Assembly: GCA_024654505.1 (NCBI GenBank)
Contig: JANLHN010000003.1
Coordinates: 4,314-68,313 of the forward strand
Direction: 5' to 3'
DNA from: Nanobdellota archaeon
GTDB lineage: Archaea; Nanobdellota; Nanobdellia; Pacearchaeales; GW2011-AR1
DNA: 64,000 nt
The translations under genes and the position numbers were made by a program. Shown here in pieces: positions 37,642 through 47,556 of the stretch. Below the pieces are notes generated by a model, which was given only the letters and a program-made list of their open reading frames with translations, ran no database searches and was not told the DNA's origin. The first letter of the stretch is position 1, and every line of letters begins with the position of its first letter.

Positions 37642-38478
37642 TTATTTTCCTAGTCCGGATAACTCTCTTATTGTCTTTTCAGTGTTCATCATTGCTTTCC
37701 TAGCGTCTGCTTTTGTTTTTGGATCAGAATTAGGGTCTGCAATAACAGTTTGATATTCTTGTATTAAGGCTTTTAGCTTCTGTATTTGGATTAGGGCTTG
37801 GGTTCCTTTTGCTTGAGCTATTCCTGTTTCAACTCTTTCTTTGTAAAATATTCTTCTTATACTTGCGTCAAAGATTAACATTACCAGGGAAAGAAATGCG
37901 AAGATGATATATATCCACATTGTAGCCTTAGCTCCATCTACATCGAATGTCCCTGTAGCTATAAGGTAACTTAAGAATGCAAAATAAACTAACCAGATTA
38001 CCTTATTTGCTAAACGAGACTTAATCTTCATAGTTATGAAGAACATTACTAAGAAGGGTAATCCTACGAGTATTGTTGCAATAAATGCGCTTGCAGGAGA
38101 TGATAATCCATTCCAAAGGGTTGAAGGCATAAATCTAACACCTATGACTGCGACAATCATTCCAACGAAGAAGTTTACAAGGTGTCCAGATTTGGACTCA
38201 CCAAAAATATTTATAGAATCTAAAGTTGATACTACTACTATTGCAGCCATTAGGAAGGCTAAGACCATCATAAAATCATTTGTTCCATCAAAACCTAGCA
38301 AGCCCTTAAATAATGGCCCAAGAATATCTACAAATATACTACTTACTAGATTCATGCCCCCTTCTGCAGAGCCCTTGTCAATCCAACCAAAGATAAGAAT
38401 CCCGAAAAAAATAACAAGAAGAACGACGACAACTCCTGCAAATATATTCTGTCCTCTTTTGTTGAAGCCCTTTTTCAT
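37642..38478 (-). CDS. multi-pass membrane protein, paralogue family member 2
   Basis: Tandem paralogue. Confidence 0.55.
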   Translation of the reverse strand: MKKGFNKRGQNIFAGVVVVLLVIFFGILIFGWIDKGSAEGGMNLVSSIFVDILGPLFKGLLGFDGTNDFMMVLAFLMAAIVVVSTLDSINIFGESKSGHLVNFFVGMIVAVIGVRFMPSTLWNGLSSPASAFIATILVGLPFLVMFFITMKIKSRLANKVIWLVYFAFLSYLIATGTFDVDGAKATMWIYIIFAFLSLVMLIFDASIRRIFYKERVETGIAQAKGTQALIQIQKLKALIQEYQTVIADPNSDPKTKADARKAMMNTEKTIRELSGLGK

Positions 38479-38563
38479 TTCTTCTTTAGTTAATCTTTCT
38501 TTATAAATATTTCGCTGGTAGATTGTTTAATATCAAACAAATGTTTTTAAACTTTGATGGGTT

Positions 38564-39370
38564 GTGAGAATTATGAAAAAAAAGATGTTAACTTCTCTAG
38601 TTACTTTATTTTCCTTTTCACTTGTGAGTGCCGCAGATGTTAGTGGAGAAATTCAAAAAGTGGGAGTTCTCTTGGGTTGGATAGGGGAACTGGTAGGAGT
38701 TCTTCTTAAGTTTATCTCGTTGGTACTATTTACACCCCCCTATGATAATCAAGAGCTGATTTATACTAAGCTTTTATTTTTTTTCCTTACATTTATAGTA
38801 ATTTATTTTATCCTTAATAAAAACAAGATTCTTTCTGATAAAAAAGGACTGAATTTTATAATAGGGCTAGCAATATCAATTCTTGCTGTTAGATATTTGC
38901 CTGATGAGTTAATTCAAGGTATTCGAATTCCTTATGGTGCTTTAAGTGTAGCTATCTTAGTCTTCTTACCATTAGCAATATTTTTCTTCTTTCTACATAA
39001 CAGTAATAATTTCCAAACATTTGGACGTCGGGCCGGATGGGTAATCTTTGCAGCGGCGTTTATTGCTCTTTGGTATTATGATAGCTCAAAAATTGGAATA
39101 ACAAATATTATCTACTGGATTGGTTTGGGGTTTGTTATACTCTCTTTTATCTTTGATAACGCAATCCATAAGTGGTTTGGATTGGCAGATTATAGGCAGG
39201 GAAGTGTGGGAGCCAAGACAAAACTTCGAGATAAGATGACTCTAAAAATCTTAGAGATGAGAGAGGAACAAATGAATTATTTGACTGCTACTCCTCCACA
39301 GACTGCCGCAGCAGAGCGTGTGGGGGATAGGATTAAGGAAATGGAAAAGGCCTTGAGAAATATCGGATAA
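38564..39370 (+). CDS. multi-pass membrane protein, distant paralogue of the two preceding genes
   Basis: Shared TM-core motifs (AVRYLPDEL / GVRFMPKDL; FIFDNAIHKWF / MFWFDATFRRLIY) and the C-terminal KEMEKALRNIG. Confidence 0.5.
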   Translation: MRIMKKKMLTSLVTLFSFSLVSAADVSGEIQKVGVLLGWIGELVGVLLKFISLVLFTPPYDNQELIYTKLLFFFLTFIVIYFILNKNKILSDKKGLNFIIGLAISILAVRYLPDELIQGIRIPYGALSVAILVFLPLAIFFFFLHNSNNFQTFGRRAGWVIFAAAFIALWYYDSSKIGITNIIYWIGLGFVILSFIFDNAIHKWFGLADYRQGSVGAKTKLRDKMTLKILEMREEQMNYLTATPPQTAAAERVGDRIKEMEKALRNIG

Positions 39371-39385
39371 TCTTTCTAAATAAAT

Positions 39386-39655
39386 TTAATCATCACTGCT
39401 TCTTTGGTAGGCTACAATTTTTCTATTTTTTCCTTCTCCTTCATAAATAGGAACTTCTCTTGCGGCCTGGTTTCCTCCAGACCCTCCCATTAGAGAGAAT
39501 AAAACTCCAACGACGATTAGGATAACTCCAGCTATTGTTATTATCATAGGACTTATGGTGTTCAGGATTGCCCATTCAAGTTTGAATGTTCCAAAACCTA
39601 TAGCCATTATCACTAAGCCAGATATTGCGATTGTATAGCTCACCCACTTTTTCAT
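39386..39655 (-). CDS. small membrane protein (three TM)
   Basis: ATG MKKWVSY behind the conserved leader module. Confidence 0.45.
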   Translation of the reverse strand: MKKWVSYTIAISGLVIMAIGFGTFKLEWAILNTISPMIITIAGVILIVVGVLFSLMGGSGGNQAAREVPIYEGEGKNRKIVAYQRSSDD

Positions 39656-39802
39656 ATTTTCATCTTCTCCTTTGATAAATTGAAACATGAGACTTCAATG
39701 AAGTCACTTTTCATATTTTATACTAGTCTAAGTTATTTATAAAACTTTGTTTAAGTCATCCTAAAGTATATTTTCTAGACTAAAAATATATATAAAGCAC
39801 TT

Positions 39803-40003
39803 TTGTTTATTTATGTAATGAACAAATTTATTGGGATAATTTTTGGGTTGATTTTGTTTCTTGCACCAATTTCTGCATGGATTGTGAATATTTGGGGTGT
39901 TGGTGATGCTGCATCTGTTTTTTTTAAGGGTGGTCTTGTTTGGATGTTGATTATTCTTGGGGCAATCCTATTAGTTATGAGTCTTAGCAGTTTGAAAGAA
40001 TAA
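39803..40003 (+). CDS. small membrane protein
   Basis: Two TM. Confidence 0.35.
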   Translation: MFIYVMNKFIGIIFGLILFLAPISAWIVNIWGVGDAASVFFKGGLVWMLIILGAILLVMSLSSLKE

Positions 40004-40014
40004 ATTATTAATTT

Positions 40015-43000
40015 CTAAAGCACAACTATCAAGATAATTATAACTATAAGAATTATGATTCCAATTATTAGGAATTTAAGGATTATTGGTAAGATCCCTT
40101 CGTTTGCTGTTGATGCTGTGGATGCTGTAGGGCTTTCACTATTGTCTTTATCAAGGGCAATTGAGTTTCCAGTTATTAATCTGGTTGTTGTTTCTCCACT
40201 ACCTAATATAATTGAATCCCCTGCGTTCAATACAATTGGTTCAATAGTTTTAACCTGGAGTTGTGGGATTATTTGATCATTAAAGTCTCCACAATTTCCC
40301 TCAATACATTGGCCGCTGTTTCCACCACTTGATGTGCTTCTGCTGTTTGAAGAACTTTTATATTCTCGATTGTCCTGACTATTAATACATCCAGAATCTA
40401 CCATGTCGATATCTCCATCTCCGTCGTTGTCGATTCCATCTTGACATTGTGCCATAGGATTTGTTTCATCATTGTCTGTAGCACTTGAGCATCCAAAGTC
40501 TGCTAAGTCTATGTAACCATCTCCGTCATTGTCAATTCCATCAGAACATTGTGGGGTTGTTGGAGGAATGGTATTTGTTTCATTATCATCATCCCAAGCA
40601 GAACATCCCATGTCTAATTGGTCTATGAATGAATCTCCGTCATCATCTAGACCATTAGAACATTGGTATGTTAAGTTGTTATTCACTTCATCATCGTCCA
40701 TTGAAGATGAACATCCAAAGTCTGCAGGGAAGTCTATTGAACCATCCCCGTCGTTGTCAATTCCATCTGAACATTGGTGAATATGAGAGTGATCCATTTC
40801 GTCATTATCCGAAGCATTCATACAGCCTGGGTCCGCGGGGAAATCAATTAATCCATTCCCGTCGTTGTCAGTTCCATCTGAACATTGAGGGGTTGTTGGA
40901 GGAATGGTATTTGTTTCATTATCATCATCCCAAGCAGAACATCCAGCATCAAGTTGGTCTATGAACGAATCTCCGTCATTGTCAGTTCCATCATTACATT
41001 GGAATGTTCCATTGTTTGTTTCATCATCGTCTGTAGCACTTGAGCATCCAAAGTCTGCTAGGTCTATGTAACCATCTCCGTCATTGTCAGTTCCATCAGA
41101 GCATTGATAATTTCTTACTAATATTGTTCCAACATTCACAGTTGCTGAATTATTACTTGGGTCAGTTGCAGTCATGTTTAGAGTGTAGTCTCCTACAGAC
41201 AATCCAGCAGGTATAATATATAGGACAGGCAAACTAGAGTTATTTGGAATGCTTGTTGGTCCTTGGGTGTTCACGAGGGTGCCGTTGCTATCATAAAGGT
41301 TAAATGTGATGTCTATAAGGTATTCTGAGCTATCAAAATCTACTGAAAGGTTTTGACTTTGTCCAAAGTTTGTTAGGGGTAATGAGGGAATTGTAAGAAT
41401 ATTAGATATTACAGGAGCTGTTACATCCTTAGATTCGTCATCATCTGTTGCGATAGAACAACTAGGGTCTGCTAAATCAGTTACACCATCTCCATCATTA
41501 TCAACACTATCTTGACATTGCGTTGTTGCTGAACTTTCGTTGTTTCCTTGATTTGTTGAACATCCAGGGTCTGCTAAATCAGTTACACCATCTCCATCAT
41601 TATCAACACCATCTTGACATTGGGCAAGAGGATTTGTTTCGTTGTTATCTGTTAGTGCCGAACATGAGAAATCATTTGGATAATCTGTTGCATTGTCTCC
41701 ATCATTATCAATTCCGTCTTGACATTGGGAGGTTGCTGTTGATTCGTTGTTTCTTGTCTTATTATAAGTACTTGGGTTTGTAACATCTGTCCAACATCCA
41801 GGGTCTGCTGTATCTGTTAAGGAATCCCCATCATTATCAACACTATCTTGACATTGTGTTGTTGCAGAGCCTTCGTTATTCCCTTGGTTTGTTAGGCAAC
41901 CAGGGTCAGCTAAATCAGTTACACCATCTCCATCATTGTCAATACCATCTTGACATTGTGTAAGGGGTGTGCCTTCTGTTGCGTCGTTTGCGCTTGAACA
42001 TGAAAAGTCATTTGGATAATCAGTTACACCATCTCCATCATTATCAATTCCATCCCTACATTGTGGAATTAAACTACATTGCCAAACCTTTACAATAACC
42101 TTCCCTTCTCCATTCCTGTTGTCAGTTATTGGTGTGTCTTTTATCCATACCCAAACATTGTTAGATAGCCAGCTACTATATGTTATGTTTGCGAATTGTA
42201 GGGCTCCTGCGTTTGCAGATTGTGCGGCTGATGCGTTTTTGTAATAGGCATCTTCTCCGAGGAAAAATCCGTTATAGTTGTTTGAACTAGTTTTGTATCT
42301 TACTTTTGCATCTGATAACCAAGTGTATCCATTTTTCCCACCAACATTTGTTGAGTCCTTATTATCAGAATTCCATCTACTCCATGCTCCAGAATATAAT
42401 TCAAATACATATTCTCCTACTGGAAGTTTGAATCCATTTCTTTGTGTGTCCCCTGCTGTGGCGGATTTTGTTGCATCTAGAGTTTTTGTTGTTTTAAGAA
42501 CCGCTTCGTATCCCGCGTCACAAATGTTTGTTTGGACACACTTTTGTATTCCTTCTCCGGGAATTCCCATATTTATCCTAGAAGCATACATTCCCCTTAG
42601 ATTCTTTTGGGGGTCTCTATTCTGGTTTACTGCAGTGATTCCCCAAGCAACTTGGCCATTTCCTTCGTCAGAATATACTGTGAAAGAATTTCCGCTTTTT
42701 CCTGCCAAAACAATTAGTCTACTATTAGAACTTATATTGTTTGCTGCTTTACAGATTATATGGCTTATGTGGTCGTCTCCAGAATCAACATAAATTACAC
42801 CAGTCATAATCTTCCCAGAACCACAAGAATTTTTTCCATCTACAGTAAGTTTTACTTTTGTTTCTGTATGGCTTACCAGAACTCCAGAGGTGTTCATACA
42901 TTTTAAGGCAGTTGCATGTCGGTCATCTTTATCATCCATTGCAAAACCACTAACAATCATGTTTCCAGGACACTTATATGTTCCAGAACCTTTTCCTTCC

Positions 43001-43146
43001 ATTTGAATAGTTTTTGTATCTGCTTGGTCAATTCCATTATCATAGCAAGTTTGGCTTGCGGCTGCAGTTACTATTGCTGAAAGTCCAATTAATAAGACTA
43101 ATGTTAAAAGAAAGACTATTTTGTTTGTGAAAGTAATCTTAGACAT
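40015..43146 (-). CDS. giant surface protein: signal peptide, 20+ CxDGxDNDGDGxxD Ca-binding-type repeats, C-terminal TM anchor
   Basis: Repeated QCQDGIDNDGDGVTDLADPGC units, the C-terminal hydrophobic tail ILPIILKFLIIGIIILIVIIILIVVL and an N-terminal TM. Confidence 0.65.
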   Translation of the reverse strand: MSKITFTNKIVFLLTLVLLIGLSAIVTAAASQTCYDNGIDQADTKTIQMEGKGSGTYKCPGNMIVSGFAMDDKDDRHATALKCMNTSGVLVSHTETKVKLTVDGKNSCGSGKIMTGVIYVDSGDDHISHIICKAANNISSNSRLIVLAGKSGNSFTVYSDEGNGQVAWGITAVNQNRDPQKNLRGMYASRINMGIPGEGIQKCVQTNICDAGYEAVLKTTKTLDATKSATAGDTQRNGFKLPVGEYVFELYSGAWSRWNSDNKDSTNVGGKNGYTWLSDAKVRYKTSSNNYNGFFLGEDAYYKNASAAQSANAGALQFANITYSSWLSNNVWVWIKDTPITDNRNGEGKVIVKVWQCSLIPQCRDGIDNDGDGVTDYPNDFSCSSANDATEGTPLTQCQDGIDNDGDGVTDLADPGCLTNQGNNEGSATTQCQDSVDNDGDSLTDTADPGCWTDVTNPSTYNKTRNNESTATSQCQDGIDNDGDNATDYPNDFSCSALTDNNETNPLAQCQDGVDNDGDGVTDLADPGCSTNQGNNESSATTQCQDSVDNDGDGVTDLADPSCSIATDDDESKDVTAPVISNILTIPSLPLTNFGQSQNLSVDFDSSEYLIDITFNLYDSNGTLVNTQGPTSIPNNSSLPVLYIIPAGLSVGDYTLNMTATDPSNNSATVNVGTILVRNYQCSDGTDNDGDGYIDLADFGCSSATDDDETNNGTFQCNDGTDNDGDSFIDQLDAGCSAWDDDNETNTIPPTTPQCSDGTDNDGNGLIDFPADPGCMNASDNDEMDHSHIHQCSDGIDNDGDGSIDFPADFGCSSSMDDDEVNNNLTYQCSNGLDDDGDSFIDQLDMGCSAWDDDNETNTIPPTTPQCSDGIDNDGDGYIDLADFGCSSATDNDETNPMAQCQDGIDNDGDGDIDMVDSGCINSQDNREYKSSSNSRSTSSGGNSGQCIEGNCGDFNDQIIPQLQVKTIEPIVLNAGDSIILGSGETTTRLITGNSIALDKDNSESPTASTASTANEGILPIILKFLIIGIIILIVIIILIVVL

Positions 43147-43243
43147 AGTACTACTACAAAATTACACCTTTATAAGAATTTCTGAGAAAATTCGTCTATG
43201 GGCAGTAGTGAAATAAATGTCTGAGATGTTGGTGTTAAACTTC

Positions 43244-44296
43244 TTAAGGGGCACAAGTACATACTGCTTCTCCAGTGGGTGATAATGTTCCCGTAACTAC
43301 TCCTCTAGGTTGTCCAACGACATATGAAGGTGAAGCACCACATTTTAAGTTATTATTTAGTGTTGCAGTACACGACTTTACAGGTGGTTTAATCTGGTTA
43401 GAGCAAAATTCTTTACTTGCAGTAGGACAATCCTTAATACCATCTACTTCTTCTTGACATAGTTGTTGCAATCTTGATTTAACTATATTTTTAGCTTTGG
43501 TTTGTTCTTTCAAATTATTATTCTGTTCATCCTTGTCAACATTATACCCTTCACTGGTGGAGATAGAACCTACGATAACTTTAGTACTTCCACCACATTT
43601 CCCTTTAGGAGGATTGACTTTTACTTCAGTTATTTTGGTTCCTCCATCTTCTAAAATGAAATAATTATTTCCATTGACATTCACAATATTCCCCTTATTA
43701 TCTGGGGGTGCACATAAACAAGTAATTTTTACATCTCCCTCTGAAGGAATTCTTAATACCATCTGACATTCCTGTTGGGGTGTTTCGCAGTCACCAAAAC
43801 AATCCTCTGGTCCCGCAATACCTCCATACTTAAAATTATCATCGGTAGTATATCCTCCTATACTTTTCCCTTGTTCTTCGGCCGCTTCTATGGCGTCGTC
43901 CATTGCTTCAATTTCATCGTCATCATTTAGGGTATAACCTCCTTCCTTAGATCCAAATTCCTTACACATAACACAACCACTAACTACTAGTGCTTGGGAG
44001 AGTGCCCCTCCAGGAATGAGTGAGACCATATTTACATCTTCTATAGGTCTTATACCATTAGCTAAACTTGCTTGATTATCTCTTAGTTCATTTGTTGGTA
44101 GAACGGGATTGATAATTCCTTCTTCTTCATTATCTCCAGGGAACACCCATCTCGCCAAATCTTCTAATGGACTCATTCTTACTTCTTTATTAAGTCCAAA
44201 CCAATTTGTTGAATACCCTATAATTAAAATGACAAGTATTATGATAAAAATCGTCAATCCCCATGATTTTTTAGAATTCTCTTTTTTCTTTACCAT
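43244..44296 (-). CDS. secreted Cys-rich protein with N-terminal TM anchor
   Basis: Signal-anchor plus about 16 Cys. Confidence 0.5.
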   Translation of the reverse strand: MVKKKENSKKSWGLTIFIIILVILIIGYSTNWFGLNKEVRMSPLEDLARWVFPGDNEEEGIINPVLPTNELRDNQASLANGIRPIEDVNMVSLIPGGALSQALVVSGCVMCKEFGSKEGGYTLNDDDEIEAMDDAIEAAEEQGKSIGGYTTDDNFKYGGIAGPEDCFGDCETPQQECQMVLRIPSEGDVKITCLCAPPDNKGNIVNVNGNNYFILEDGGTKITEVKVNPPKGKCGGSTKVIVGSISTSEGYNVDKDEQNNNLKEQTKAKNIVKSRLQQLCQEEVDGIKDCPTASKEFCSNQIKPPVKSCTATLNNNLKCGASPSYVVGQPRGVVTGTLSPTGEAVCTCAP

Positions 44297-44344
44297 CTTT
44301 TGATATCTTTATTAATTTCTTTTAGTATAAAAAGATTGCTATAC

Positions 44345-44923
44345 TTACTTCATTAAGAATATCAGGCACCCCTCTATGATAGAGGCGATTAATAATAATG
44401 GAATGATTACAAATATAAAAAATCTTATTGCTTCCTTAAATTCTTTTTTTGTTTTTCTTTCTTTTGAGAACAATGATACTCCTAACCTTAATCCAATCCC
44501 TATAGAGAACATAACTGCAGGGAGTTCAAATATCCCATGAGGAAGAATCCTCCACAAAATTAAAGGGCCTTCTATGTTTGATGCTTCTCTTGAAACGAAG
44601 CCGAGAAGATATCCATTGGTTACTGCTATAATTAACGGAATAATTCCAAATCCTATCCCAAATATTATTGCAAAAAAACTTGCTTGAAGATTATTAAAGA
44701 AGATGGCTATAATTCCTTCTATAAGGGTTTTCCCAAAGAAGATATCTGCCAATTCTATGAGGAGATTAATAATTTGTTCTCGAAAAAATATGGGAAAGAG
44801 AAATCCGACTATAAAAAAGAAGGCAAAAAGAATTATTGCAAAGAGTATATACTTTTTTGTTTCTTTAAGGAATTTCCAACAGAGAGAATAATTTTTGCTC
44901 AGAGAGTTTGTTTTCTTTTTCAT
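44345..44923 (-). CDS. SpoIIM/DUF95 family membrane protein
   Basis: ILPHGIFELPA signature and five TM. Confidence 0.6.
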   Translation of the reverse strand: MKKKTNSLSKNYSLCWKFLKETKKYILFAIILFAFFFIVGFLFPIFFREQIINLLIELADIFFGKTLIEGIIAIFFNNLQASFFAIIFGIGFGIIPLIIAVTNGYLLGFVSREASNIEGPLILWRILPHGIFELPAVMFSIGIGLRLGVSLFSKERKTKKEFKEAIRFFIFVIIPLLLIASIIEGCLIFLMK

Positions 44924-45639
44924 CGAGAGAAGTATTGGCTAATCATTTTAGTCCTTCTAGGGTATTTCCTTTTAAGGTAAAACCCATAACCTATTCCTAG
45001 AAGAAGTCCTCCAAGGTGTGCTATGTTTCCAATTGGAATTCCCAAACCCGAAGAGATTATCCAGACTACCACAATCAGAAAGGTCATTGCGGCCCACATT
45101 GGAAGGGGGATTATAAAAAATACCAAAACTGGGAGTCTTGGTGTTAAAACTGCTAAAAGTCCTCCAAGTCCGAAGATGGCTCCAGAAGCACCGACGGCAT
45201 AAATGTTTAAATCTGTTCCAGTCAATGCCGCAATTGCTACAAAAAATATCCCCGCGAAAATTCCTGTTGCGAAATAAATTCCTAAGAATCTTTTTTTACC
45301 AATTAATTTTTCTACAAAATTCCCAATAAACATTAGAGAAATCATATTTACAAATAAATGTGTAAGGTTTGCATGCATAAACATACTTGTTATGAAGGTC
45401 CAGATTGCCCCTCCCGAAAGAATTGTTGAGGGTTGTAATGCTGTGAGTGCCAGGGCCTCTTCTGTATTGCTGTTATTTACCAAGAGAATAAATGCTAAGA
45501 AGGCGATTACATTGATTATAACTATTATACTTGTGTACGAAAGTTTTGGCATGTTAATACCAACTGGCCTAATTCCTCTTCTAACTATCCCTGTTCTTGG
45601 ATTACCTTCTCTATATTTTTCATCAAACCACTTAGCCAT
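44920..45639 (-). CDS. rhomboid family intramembrane serine protease
   Basis: GASGAIFGLGG catalytic Ser motif and the AHLGG His motif. Confidence 0.8.
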   Translation of the reverse strand: MAKWFDEKYREGNPRTGIVRRGIRPVGINMPKLSYTSIIVIINVIAFLAFILLVNNSNTEEALALTALQPSTILSGGAIWTFITSMFMHANLTHLFVNMISLMFIGNFVEKLIGKKRFLGIYFATGIFAGIFFVAIAALTGTDLNIYAVGASGAIFGLGGLLAVLTPRLPVLVFFIIPLPMWAAMTFLIVVVWIISSGLGIPIGNIAHLGGLLLGIGYGFYLKRKYPRRTKMISQYFSR

Positions 45640-45647
45640 TTAATAGA

Positions 45648-46382
45648 TTACTTTTTCTTTTTAGTTTTTTTAACCTTTGAAACTTTTTTCTTCACAGGTT
45701 TCTTTTCCGTCTTTGAAACTTTTTTCTTCACAGGTTTCTTTTTACTTTCTGCTATCTTCTTTCTTGCTACCGCCCTAGCTGTTCTTAAAATTTTCTTTTG
45801 GGCATCAACTTCTTTTTGCTCTTTTTTATCTGCCCTTTTTCTTTTTTTCTTATCTTTTTCTCTAACAGTGCTCAGTTCGTTGACAATGAGTGCTAAATCC
45901 TTTTCTGTTTTGGTTATTATTGTTTTCGTTTCTCTGATTGACCCACTATTGTCTGAAAGCTCATAAACTTCGGCACACTCTTCACACGTGAATCCATTTT
46001 CTAGAGCTTTCTCTTCTGTAACTTCGATATTACACGATTTACATACATAATATCTTTTTGTTTCTCTGTTCCCTAAGATATTTTTGAAATCTTTAATTTT
46101 TGAAAGAAGAGATTGTTCAAGTTTTTCTAAACACTTTTCAGTCTTTAGTGTCCAATAATAAATGTACCACCCCTTTCTTTTATCCTTCTTTCTAATAAAA
46201 GATACAAGCCCATCTGCAGATAGTTTATATAAAATGTTTCTTACTTGATTTATCGTCAGATTCATCTTTTTTGCGATGGTAAATTCATTAACGTCTTTTT
46301 TTCTAAATAAGATGTCTACTATTCTGCCGGTCCCCTCATTTGCCATTTCCTCGACGAGATCGTGTAGAAGTTTGATTTGCAT
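45648..46382 (-). CDS. tfe: transcription factor E (TFIIE-alpha homologue) with Lys-rich C-terminal tail
   Basis: N-terminal winged helix plus a zinc ribbon CKSCN..CEEC. Confidence 0.6.
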   Translation of the reverse strand: MQIKLLHDLVEEMANEGTGRIVDILFRKKDVNEFTIAKKMNLTINQVRNILYKLSADGLVSFIRKKDKRKGWYIYYWTLKTEKCLEKLEQSLLSKIKDFKNILGNRETKRYYVCKSCNIEVTEEKALENGFTCEECAEVYELSDNSGSIRETKTIITKTEKDLALIVNELSTVREKDKKKRKRADKKEQKEVDAQKKILRTARAVARKKIAESKKKPVKKKVSKTEKKPVKKKVSKVKKTKKKK

Positions 46383-46515
46383 AACTAATAAATATTATTT
46401 CCTTTTAAATACCTTTCTTAAAGGTTTTTTTAGCGAAGATAAAACTGGTTTTTTTTGTGTAGTCCTTTTAAAGTTACTATAAACCTATAAAAACGAATTA
46501 TCCCCTTAATATGTT

Positions 46516-47058
46516 ATGGGACTCTTTAGTAAAAAGGAATCTGTGCCGGAATTGCCACCGGCCCCAGTTTTGCCTGACCTCCCAAGTATTTCTCATGAAA
46601 ATAGGGATTTGCCTGCTTTGCCCGTTCTTCCATTTACAAAAGAGACTGGTAGTGTGAATAAGAGAAGTGCGATTAGTGACGATTTATCTTTGGAAGAAAA
46701 TGAGGTAAAAGTAGATATTCCGGAAGATTTTGATGTTCATGAGATGGGAATTCCAAAGCTTCCAAGTCGGGTTCCTGAGATGAACCGAAGAAGAACTTTA
46801 GAGTTAAATGCTTCTGTAGACAACAAACCAGTTACCAAATCTATGGAACCTATATTCGTTAGAATTGATAAGTTTCAGGCTTCACAGAAAAATTTTAAAG
46901 AAATAAGGGAAAAGGTGACTGACATTGAAAACGTTTTAGAGAAAATAAAAGGTGTTCGGGCTAAAGAAGAGGAAGAAATTAATAATTGGTCCACAGAGGT
47001 CGAGAAATTAAAATCTAGATTAACAGATATTGACTCTGATATCTTTAATCAATTCTAA
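46516..47058 (+). CDS. hypothetical Pro-rich/coiled-coil protein
   Basis: ORF. Confidence 0.4.
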   Translation: MGLFSKKESVPELPPAPVLPDLPSISHENRDLPALPVLPFTKETGSVNKRSAISDDLSLEENEVKVDIPEDFDVHEMGIPKLPSRVPEMNRRRTLELNASVDNKPVTKSMEPIFVRIDKFQASQKNFKEIREKVTDIENVLEKIKGVRAKEEEEINNWSTEVEKLKSRLTDIDSDIFNQF

Positions 47059-47416
47059 TATGGCCTCCCAGGAGGACCTTTATGTTTTGATTGATAATGA
47101 GAGATATAGGGCTGGAAAGTCAGATATATTAAACAGCCAGGCAGATTTATTGAGGATTTTGAAACATATTCACCACCTAAAGGTTCTCTCTAGACAAAAA
47201 GCGGATCTTAATGCTGAGTTACATAGGTTGTTTTCATATATTGCTAAGACTATAGAGACTATAGAAGAAAGATTTCCAAATCCGAAAGTACCAAAAAAGA
47301 TAAATATGAATGGGGTTCGTGAGGAAAAGAAAGAAAAATCGGATTACTCTAAAAAAGAGAGCATAGATATGGAATTAGAGAGCATCCAAGAAAAGTTAAG
47401 ATTATTAAATGGTTAA
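47030..47416 (+). CDS. hypothetical coiled-coil protein
   Basis: ORF overlapping the preceding gene by 29 nt. Confidence 0.4.
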   Translation: MTLISLINSNMASQEDLYVLIDNERYRAGKSDILNSQADLLRILKHIHHLKVLSRQKADLNAELHRLFSYIAKTIETIEERFPNPKVPKKINMNGVREEKKEKSDYSKKESIDMELESIQEKLRLLNG

Positions 47417-47556
47417 AGTGATTTTTTGGAAGTTTATTCAATAACTAAATTTAAAAGTTACCTCATCTATGTTTAAACATGAAAAAGTGACTTCAACCAA
47501 GTAGGTCTAGGGAGGAAGTCTCATGTTTCATTTTGTTCAATAGAGGATATAAAAAA

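Noticed and set aside
40055-42793. Plus-strand ORFs inside the giant surface-protein gene (40055-40276, 40529-40964, 41523-41783, 42278-42793)
   Set aside because: Antisense frames of a long repetitive minus-strand gene.
47533-47556. TTG-initiated extension of alaS
   Set aside because: The ATG at 47557 follows the conserved leader, and the protein aligns from MKRKEL onward.
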